DNA from: Trichodesmium erythraeum IMS101
Lineage (GTDB): Bacteria; Cyanobacteriota; Cyanobacteriia; Cyanobacteriales; Microcoleaceae
Length of the DNA: 32,000 nt
Assembly: GCF_000014265.1 (NCBI RefSeq)
Contig: NC_008312.1
Location: forward strand, 6,630,001 to 6,662,000
Direction: 5' to 3'
Made by a program: the position numbers and the translations under genes. Positions within the stretch are counted from its first letter, which is position 1. Every line of letters begins with the position of its first letter. This document shows, in pieces, positions 25,266 to 32,000 of this stretch. Under the pieces are notes generated by a model, which had not been told where the DNA came from, searched no databases, and saw nothing but the letters and a program-made list of their open reading frames with translations.

Positions 25266-25405
25266 AATAATAGGTTATACCAAATCCGATTGACAAGGGA
25301 GATTGATTAAAATAGTAAGGCAGGAAACTGGAGGCAATTATGCTGAAAATTTAGAAGGATTTGGAGGAACTAGCCTTTCATAACCGGATTTGGTATTATA
25401 TTATT
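25266..25405. repeat. 140-bp element bounded by imperfect 22-bp inverted repeats (core ATACCAAATCCG / CGGATTTGGTAT is perfect); either MITE-like or a long hairpin RNA
   Basis: 25277-25288 is the exact reverse complement of 25385-25396. Extending outward gives 19/22 matches. Confidence 0.55.
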
Positions 25406-26388
25406 GATGAAAAAGTTTTAAAATTGGCACTTTAAGTCAGTAACCTACCCTTAATCCCGACAGTGGAGGGGTAGGAAAGTTGTATGAGAGCATCTCTACA
25501 ACATAAGAATAATTAACATTAACTGAGCTAAAATTAGCAAGAAAGTTATTCTTTTGTATGAATTAATTAATGACTAAAGTATTCTCTAAGCGTAGCATTA
25601 ATGCATAGAAATTAGTATAACTTTGAAGGGCTTTCAAACATAAATTTTCCCTCTTAAAACTTTTGACTATTGTTGGGGAATTTATGGTTTTTATAATAAG
25701 GAAAATTTATCTCTCAATAAAATTATAGAATATCATTCTCTCCACGGTGCAACAATAAACATCATACTGCTTTTGCCATTGACTTAACTGATGTGAACTT
25801 TCCTAAAAAGGGTATGACTATCAAATTTGAAAAGCCTAAAAGTTACCGGTGGTTAGTTAATTTATCTTGCTCAGGAGTTGGGTTTTGAATACTTAATTCC
25901 ACAAAAAAATTCACAAGGAGTAAGCTACGAACCTTAGCACTGAAGATATATTGGCTCGTGGCTAAGATGCTGCTGCTTTTGCTTAAGGAAGAAAGTTTGA
26001 GCCCAGGAGAGATAACAGTTGAGGTTATATAAAATGTATCTATTTGAGAGATAAATGAGTCAACCCTTTATCTCATATAAAATCCGATGAAAAGTTGTCA
26101 TTGCCATGAAACCCAAGCAATAAACTTCCACTCTTAATTATTGCTTCTTTCCACTCCGTTCAAGTCGCTGGGGACTTGCAGTAAGCTGATTCAAACTAAG
26201 TTATTTCAACAAAGCGCGATCGCTTACAATTATTAAATACTTTGGTAATTAACTTATAGTTATAGCATATGAAAAAAAAATATATTATTGTGTATAATAT
26301 AGTCCAATTATTTAACTTCAATAATTAGTCTTATTAAATTATTCATGATCCCAATTTAAAAAACTCACATTAAGGACAAAAAATCAAG

Positions 26389-27726
26389 ATGATTACAACA
26401 ACTGTAGCCTTACAACGACCAAAAGATATTTCCCTAGGAGAAATAGAAGAAGAACTAAGTAAAATCTGGCTTAGTCAAAATCAAGGTAAAGTAACTTCCA
26501 TTGCTACTAAAGCTGCCACCTTTAGTATAGTAGTTTATGAACCGGAAGAATTCCAACAATTGCTAGGAGGACTAGGATTCTATAATGGTCCAATTGATGG
26601 TATTCATGGGCCAGAAACTAGAAATGCAGTTAAAGAGGCACAAAAAGCCTATAAACTGACAATTACAGGTAGAGTAGATCCTAAAACCCTAGCTAAATTG
26701 CGGGAAGAATTTGCCAAAAAACCAGAAGACTCTCAAAAAATCACAAATGTGAATCTGAGGGGGTTTAGTATGTCAAATGTGATCGCTGCTCAAAACCCTA
26801 GTCGTGTTATGACCCTATGTCCAACTATGGGGGAAGAAGATACAGGGGTTACAGCTCAAGTATCTGCCTATTGCCCAATTCAGAAGCAAAGTAACTCAAA
26901 TCTAGTTTGTAGTGAGTATGTCACCCTCCGAGGAACAAAGTCAGCAATGCAAAGGGTAGATGAAACAATAAAATCATTAATGGTTCCCGAACTACCAAAG
27001 TTTGTCTGGTGGAAAGCGACCCCTAACACAGAGCAAAAATTATTTCGTACTTTGTGTGAGACGAGCAATTGCATGATTATGGACTCTTGTTACTTTTCCG
27101 ATCCCGAGTCAGAATTTTTAAAGATGCAGGAGTTGATAGAAAAGAAAACTTATATTGCTGATCTCAATTGGCATCGTCTATCAGCTTGGCAAGAATTAAT
27201 TGCTGCTAGTTTTGATCCTCCCCAACGCCGGGCAGCTTTATGGGAAGTTGATACTGTGACAATTGACTATGAAAAAGGAAATGCTGCTCAAGCACTAATG
27301 TTTTTAGGTTGGTTTGCTAGTCGTCTGAATTGGGAACCAGTATTTTATAAAGAATTAGGTGGTGATTATGATATTACCCATATCAAGTTTAGTGGGAATA
27401 AGGATCAAGAAATCTTGGCTGAGTTAGGAGCTATTCCTACTGCTGACTTTGGTGAGGTTCCAGGAGATTTGGTGGGTTTACGTTTAGGTTCGAGTAATCA
27501 AGATGCTGATGTTAATTGTTGCACAATTTTGTGTTCTGAAACTACTGGTTGTATGCGGTTAGAGTCTGGGGGTAAGGCGCAGTCTTGTTTGACTGAGCAG
27601 GTGACAGCATTAAGCGATCAGAAAGCAGAAGCTTTGATGGCACAACAGTTACAACGTTGGGGACAGGATGTTTTGTATGAGGAAAGTTTAGCATTGACAG
27701 TACAAATGCTGAAGTTAAGAACATAG
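26389..27726 (+). CDS. opcA: OpcA (glucose-6-phosphate dehydrogenase assembly/allosteric effector protein) with an embedded peptidoglycan-binding-like module
   Basis: The N-terminus LQRPKDISLGEIEEELSKIW...ATFSIVVYEPEE and the C-terminus QLQRWGQDVLYEESL match cyanobacterial OpcA from memory. GFYNGPIDGIHGPETRNAVKEAQKAYKLTITGRVDPKTLAKL is PG_binding_1-like. Confidence 0.85.
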   Translation: MITTTVALQRPKDISLGEIEEELSKIWLSQNQGKVTSIATKAATFSIVVYEPEEFQQLLGGLGFYNGPIDGIHGPETRNAVKEAQKAYKLTITGRVDPKTLAKLREEFAKKPEDSQKITNVNLRGFSMSNVIAAQNPSRVMTLCPTMGEEDTGVTAQVSAYCPIQKQSNSNLVCSEYVTLRGTKSAMQRVDETIKSLMVPELPKFVWWKATPNTEQKLFRTLCETSNCMIMDSCYFSDPESEFLKMQELIEKKTYIADLNWHRLSAWQELIAASFDPPQRRAALWEVDTVTIDYEKGNAAQALMFLGWFASRLNWEPVFYKELGGDYDITHIKFSGNKDQEILAELGAIPTADFGEVPGDLVGLRLGSSNQDADVNCCTILCSETTGCMRLESGGKAQSCLTEQVTALSDQKAEALMAQQLQRWGQDVLYEESLALTVQMLKLRT

Positions 27727-28341
27727 GGAGGTATAGCTGAAGTAAGAAACTGGTATAAGTATCACTAGGGGAAACATTGGCCTAATAAAAGAGTCACAGT
27801 ATAAGAAATGATCAAACAATTAAATTTAACTGTACTCAATCTCAATGAAATCAATCAGAAGTCAGCCTGTAGATAAGCAACTGCTGAGGGTATCATGGTC
27901 AGCAGGAAGGGGAGCTATTTTGTATCATTTTTTATATGAATTTATGATTCCTAATGCTATACTATAGGTGGCACTTCAGAAATTTAGGTGATTAACACAA
28001 GGTAAATAACTTTTTTGCGTGCTTTAATTTAAGTCAAGTTAATATTAATTTTTTTATGTTGTATGAACGGCCTTATGCAACTTCCCTACCCCCACCCTCA
28101 TTCTCTCGGTGGTAGGGAGAACTTTTGGAGGGAGGTCCACTGGGATGATAAATGTAGAAAAGTTTTTGAGAAATGGTATTGTAGAGCAGTATTATAGGAG
28201 TAACAATTACTAGGTCGGATATTCTTGCGCCTCTCAAATTTAGTCCGTGGTGGGAATGTACTACAAATGGCCATTCAACCCCCTACTGACTTCTGACTTA
28301 GCGCCTTCTATTTCAGCTATACCTCACTAAACCTAAATCTT

Positions 28342-28346
28342 GGAGG
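28342..28346 (+). promoter_or_regulatory. Shine-Dalgarno GGAGG 7 nt upstream of the ATG at 28354
   Basis: tggaggattttagATG read directly. Confidence 0.55.
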
Positions 28347-28353
28347 ATTTTAG

Positions 28354-29658
28354 ATGACAACGAATAAAAAAAACACAGAAAATTTACCAAACAATAGGCT
28401 GAAAGACCATAAGAGTGTAGATAGTCTTGCTGAAAATTTGATGGAAGACTTGTTCAATGATATTGACCGAGTATTAGATGGTGGTAGTCGCTTACCAAAG
28501 GAAGTAACTCGACCAGAAATTGTTTCTTTGACGCCAATTAAAATACCTCAAATAGTTTTGCCTGACAAGAAGACTGAATCTCAAGATGCTGAGAAAGAGA
28601 AACATATCAAATTAGCTAAGACACAAGTAGTAAAAAAAGAAAATCAATCATTAGATAAATTGCTTTTAGGGGCGGCTTTTACATCTATATTAGTAACTCT
28701 GTCTTTGTGGTTAGCAACTAGAGGAGGATTTGATAAAATTTTAGGCTATTTAGGCTATGTAGAAAAGCCAGATTCATCATTAGAAACATTAAATCCTAAG
28801 GCAGCAGCAGATGCTAAATTTGCAGATTATATTGAGCGATCGCTAAATATGATTGAGCAACAAGAGGCAACTCAGAAACAACAAAAAAATCTAGGTGTAC
28901 CACCTGCTCCATCTAGTAGTAACTTACCAACAATACCAGTACCAGCTAACCCACCCATAAATACTAGCTTACTCCTACCCCTCTATCGACTGGTGGACTT
29001 GATGGAGGCACAACTAGCAAAAGAACCTCTAAGGGTTCCTGAAACTAAAGTAGTAGTAATTCCACCTATGCCTACAGCGGTAGCAGTGACAACCCAATCT
29101 GAGGTAGCTTCCCCAAAGCTATCAGCAGCATCTGCATCTAAAGCTTCCGCAGAAGCTGCTGAAAAAGTTCAAGAAAAACCGGAAGCGCAAGTAACTGCCA
29201 AAGCAGAAGTCAAACCAGAAACTAAAGCTAAGATTAATAGCTCTAGTTCGGCGAAAGTTGAAACAAAAACAAAACCGAAACCTCCAGCCAAAACAACGGC
29301 ACAAGCTAAACCAGAAAAAAGCTCAGAACCAGAACTAGAAACAAAAGTAGAAGCTAAATCAGAAATAGAAAAGCCAACACAGCCAGTATCATTGCCTCCA
29401 CCTATGCCAGCAAAAATACCTGTAACAGAAGCAGTATTACCCAGTCAAATTCAAACCCCTATTAATCTTTTAGTAGGGATATTAGAATTAGGGGAACGTT
29501 CCGCTGCCCTATTTGAAATTGATGGTGTAGCGCGTCGGATATATGTGGGAGAAAATATTGGCAGTAGTGGTTGGACTCTTGTGAAGGTAGTAAACCAGGA
29601 AGCTGTGGTTCGTCGTAATGGTGAAGTTCGTTCTGTTTTTGTAGGCCAACAATTTTAG
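28354..29658 (+). CDS. Single-pass membrane-anchored protein with a long P/A/K/E-rich low-complexity linker and a small C-terminal beta-rich domain (weakly PilP/GspC-like)
   Basis: The transmembrane helix is LLLGAAFTSILVTLSLWLAT. The linker contains KAEVKPETKAK-type repeats. The C-terminus is LVGILELGERSAALFEIDGVARRIYVGENIGSSGWTLVKVVNQEAVVRRNGEVRSVFVG. The gene is preceded by a good RBS. Confidence 0.7.
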   Translation: MTTNKKNTENLPNNRLKDHKSVDSLAENLMEDLFNDIDRVLDGGSRLPKEVTRPEIVSLTPIKIPQIVLPDKKTESQDAEKEKHIKLAKTQVVKKENQSLDKLLLGAAFTSILVTLSLWLATRGGFDKILGYLGYVEKPDSSLETLNPKAAADAKFADYIERSLNMIEQQEATQKQQKNLGVPPAPSSSNLPTIPVPANPPINTSLLLPLYRLVDLMEAQLAKEPLRVPETKVVVIPPMPTAVAVTTQSEVASPKLSAASASKASAEAAEKVQEKPEAQVTAKAEVKPETKAKINSSSSAKVETKTKPKPPAKTTAQAKPEKSSEPELETKVEAKSEIEKPTQPVSLPPPMPAKIPVTEAVLPSQIQTPINLLVGILELGERSAALFEIDGVARRIYVGENIGSSGWTLVKVVNQEAVVRRNGEVRSVFVGQQF

Positions 29659-30166
29659 TTATTGACACAGCCAAACAAGAAACCGGGTTTATACCCCTGA
29701 TTATTGTTTTTCGTACATACAATTAAGTGCATCTGGGAAATTTTGTTGATCAACCTGGTTTCTGTCTCAGTCTTAATACCATACATTAAAAAAGAATGTT
29801 TTCGAATAATAAGCACTATTAAAATACTTTAATTTGAAATGTCTATTTTATTATGACTCTTGATTCCTGACTCTTAAATTATAAGAAATACTCTAACTAT
29901 TTATAAGAAAAATTTATCAATTGGGCATAACCATAAAGTATATGATTTCGGGGAAAACATTAGATGCCCTACTATACTTACAGATGTATCCCATAAACTC
30001 CGTTTCTTATAATACTCAAATTAATTCGCAGATTTGATATCAAACCTTGCCCTTAGAATTAAGAAAAAATAATATTAGCCATACATCTTTGAAGGCTCTA
30101 ACTAAGGGCAGTCAGTGCTAATAACTGATAAGGTTTAATGGTGATAACTGATAACTGGAATAACTT

Positions 30167-30745
30167 ATGGGTTTATTTGACGATTTCAGCCAATTTCTCG
30201 AAAACAGACTTGAAGAGTTCCTGCAGAATAACCCCCATTTAGAACTACAGGCACTTGAAGAGCAACTTCGCCAACAGGAAGAAGACACCCTGCGTCTCAT
30301 TGTACAACTCCAGCGCCAAGAAAAAAAATTAGAACAAGATATTCTCTCAACGGCTCAAGAAGTTAAGCTTTGGCATAACCGAATTGAAAAGGCACAAACA
30401 GCTAATAGAATAGATTTAGTTCAAGCGGCTCAGGAAAGAGAAGCATCTTTTTTACGACAAGGTAATCAACAGTGGGGACAGATGCAAGGATACAAGCAGC
30501 GTATTCAGCAGGCGACAGAACTATATCATCAGATTAAACAACGTCGTAAGGAGGTACGAGCAAAAGCTACTCAAGCTGAGACTAGTAGTTATACTGCTAG
30601 GAATGAAAAACGTTGGGAAACTGATGGCTGGAATCAAAACAGCTCCTATAATTTTGATAATTTATTCGACGACTTAGAGGAACAGTTTAAAAGCATGGAA
30701 ACAAACGAAGAAATTGAAAGAATGAAGCGGAATATGGGAAAGTAG
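30167..30745 (+). CDS. Conserved cyanobacterial coiled-coil protein (TIGR04376-like; PspA/IM30-like N-terminus)
   Basis: MGLFDDFSQFLENRLEEFLQNNPHLELQALEEQLRQQEEDTLRLI matches my memory of that family. The gene is followed by a strong terminator. Confidence 0.8.
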   Translation: MGLFDDFSQFLENRLEEFLQNNPHLELQALEEQLRQQEEDTLRLIVQLQRQEKKLEQDILSTAQEVKLWHNRIEKAQTANRIDLVQAAQEREASFLRQGNQQWGQMQGYKQRIQQATELYHQIKQRRKEVRAKATQAETSSYTARNEKRWETDGWNQNSSYNFDNLFDDLEEQFKSMETNEEIERMKRNMGK

Positions 30746-30760
30746 TTGGATCTTTAGTAG

Positions 30761-30790
30761 GTCAGGAAATTTAATGATTTCCTGACTTTT
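30761..30790 (+). terminator. Intrinsic terminator: perfect 10-bp stem GTCAGGAAAT / ATTTCCTGAC, 6-nt loop, then TTTT
   Basis: 30761-70 pairs with 30777-86, and the T-run is at 30787-90. It lies 16 nt after the stop at 30745. Confidence 0.8.
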
Positions 30791-30974
30791 CTACCCAGGA
30801 AAAATACAGTCATTATGTCAACTAGGCATGTAAATGCTAACGTTATCCCAGAGATGAAAACCTCAGAAGGATGAGAAAAGTAGGAGGCAAAAAATGAAAA
30901 CGTGAATTTGGCTAGTAGCTACTCTCGTTGTCATAAACCACAATGAGATGACTTAAAGCCCTATTTGGAGGTGA

Positions 30975-31451
30975 CGACGATGAAAAAACGAGCAAGTCGA
31001 TTTATATTGGCGTTGCCAATATCCTTGATAGGATAAGATGGAATTGACTACAGAAGAAATGCTATTTAAATACAAGGGAAAACAATCTGTTGAAAAAGAT
31101 TTTAGTTTTTTTACCCCCCTAGAATTAACTGATAGCATATTTCTTAAATCCCTTCATAAAGTAGAAGCTTTAGGACTAATTATGAGCTTATGTTTATTAA
31201 TTTATACTTCAGGCCAACCTCAAGTACGTCAAACTTTAAACTGAACTAAATCTACTGTAAAAAATTAACTAGGCTTTTCTACTAATAAACCTACAAAATG
31301 ATTAGACATTTCAGTGTTTTCAGTTGATTTATTGATTGATTAATTATTGATTAATTGTGGAGTTAGGAGTATCTCTAATCTAACTTATTGGCCCTGAGAA
31401 TTATTGAATTTTTTTCCTCTAAGTTGTCAAAGATACTATCTACTCAGTTGA
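30975..31451 (+). pseudogene. 5'-truncated, decayed IS1634/IS4-like transposase remnant (C-terminal ~160 codons)
   Basis: Pieces that match transposase C-termini from memory: RFILA..., EEMLFKYKGKQSVEKDFSFF, FLKS..KVEALGLIMSLCLLIY, KN*LG..TNKPT.*..., ISNLTYWP*ELLNFFPLSCQRYYLLS*. The reading is interrupted by one frameshift near 31035 and by in-frame stops (TGA at 31242, TAA/TGA in 31260-31300, TAA at about 31350, TGA at about 31396). Confidence 0.55.
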
Positions 31452-32000
31452 GAAACTTGATACAAGAACAGGTACAACGTGAAAATCATCAATGATTGAG
31501 TGGCTTGACCAGCAAGTCAAGTGATAGAGAGACTTTGGCTATTTTTGCAGATGTTTATTGGCGATTTAGAGTAACTGATCTCATTCTCAAAGCTGTGTAG
31601 GAGGAGTTAAGGGAGTTACAAGTAAGTTAAAAAGCTGAACCCAAAAACTTTTTCGTCTACGTCCCTCAATAAAAATTTAGGGTAGGGAATAGGTCATTGA
31701 TGTATTGGTTTGGGTTGTTGGAGCCTAGGGGTAGCGATATCACCTCCTACTACTTACTATAAATTTAAGTACTTACTCAAGTTTTCTCGTCTTTTTATAC
31801 TACATTTTATAGTGTAACATGTATGCTAAATGATTTTGAAGATAAATGAGGTATCATGAAAAAGTATAATTGTTTAGCAAATCTGATTTGACTACATATG
31901 ATAGATACTTTTTCTAATATAATGATAAATTTCTATAAAACCAAAACTAATTTTGATAGAGATAAAAGTAGTGTATGTACCATAATCTTTACTAAAGGGA

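Noticed and set aside
26560-26700. The peptidoglycan-binding-like insertion in OpcA as a novel fusion
   Set aside because: My recollection is that the GFY.GPIDGI...module is a common feature of cyanobacterial OpcA proteins, so it is probably ordinary. This needs a database check.
3891-30300. Antisense or overlapping ORFs from the track (3891-4082, 5507-5785, 6425-6619, 6513-6740, 6881-7069, 10925-11143, 17473-17787, 20220-20438, 20531-20884, 20749-20979, 26880-27074, 27542-27724, 29122-29304, 29462-29722, 30118-30300)
   Set aside because: Each lies within or opposite a much longer ORF that has clear family signatures. They show no recognisable motifs and have odd composition. They are treated as shadow ORFs.
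30953-31244. The ORFs at 30953-31138 (minus) and 31038-31244 (plus) as intact genes
   Set aside because: The plus-strand ORF is one fragment of the decayed transposase, whose reading continues in broken frames on both sides. The minus-strand ORF is its shadow.
1-32000. tRNA, rRNA, tmRNA, RNase P RNA and group II intron domain V
   Set aside because: I scanned by eye for T-loop (GGTTCGAATCC-like) motifs and intron domain V motifs and found none. Absence cannot be proven without tRNAscan or Infernal.

Overview
This looks like AT-rich cyanobacterial DNA. The octamer GCGATCGC (HIP1) occurs more than 20 times, and the gene set is cyanobacterial: a ferrochelatase with a C-terminal CAB/LHC helix, OpcA, and a TIGR04376-like protein. 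Only about 51% of the window is confidently coding. About 21% (roughly 6.8 kb) is tandem-repeat DNA. This resembles what I recall of Trichodesmium-type genomes, but that taxonomic call is inference.

The window splits into two parts.

(1) Positions 1-16,400 form an accessory island. Its core is a co-directional minus-strand cluster:
- a trypsin-like serine protease carrying an N-terminal adaptor domain;
- a 140-aa multi-pass membrane protein;
- a 570-aa protein carrying the same N-terminal adaptor domain (35/77 identical residues, ungapped);
- a MoxR-like AAA+ ATPase.

About 4.5 kb further along the same strand lies an 862-aa vWA-like protein fused to a C-terminal formylglycine-generating-enzyme (FGE/CLec) domain. 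Together these look like a vWA-MoxR-VMAP-type NTPase conflict or cell-suicide system with an effector-associated-domain (EAD)-recruited protease. It appears to be split by a 3.4-kb tandem array and by a compositionally foreign mtnB gene (about 57% GC against a 25-30% background). Three unrelated tandem arrays (about 2.5 kb, 3.4 kb and 0.9 kb) follow or interrupt every module of this system. The last ~100 nt of the FGE gene is GC-rich and adenine-poor on the coding strand, as expected for a diversity-generating-retroelement variable region. No template repeat or reverse transcriptase is present in the window.

(2) Positions 16,400-32,000 are housekeeping genes separated by long ORF-free spacers: gdhA, a DUF4126-like protein, hemH, a methyltransferase, a saccharopine-dehydrogenase-like protein, opcA, a PAK-rich membrane protein and a coiled-coil protein. 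gdhA is bracketed by an inverted pair of ~236-bp MITE-like elements. A decayed IS1634-like transposase remnant sits near the 3' end of the window.

I could not recognise any rRNA gene, tRNA gene or CRISPR array by eye.
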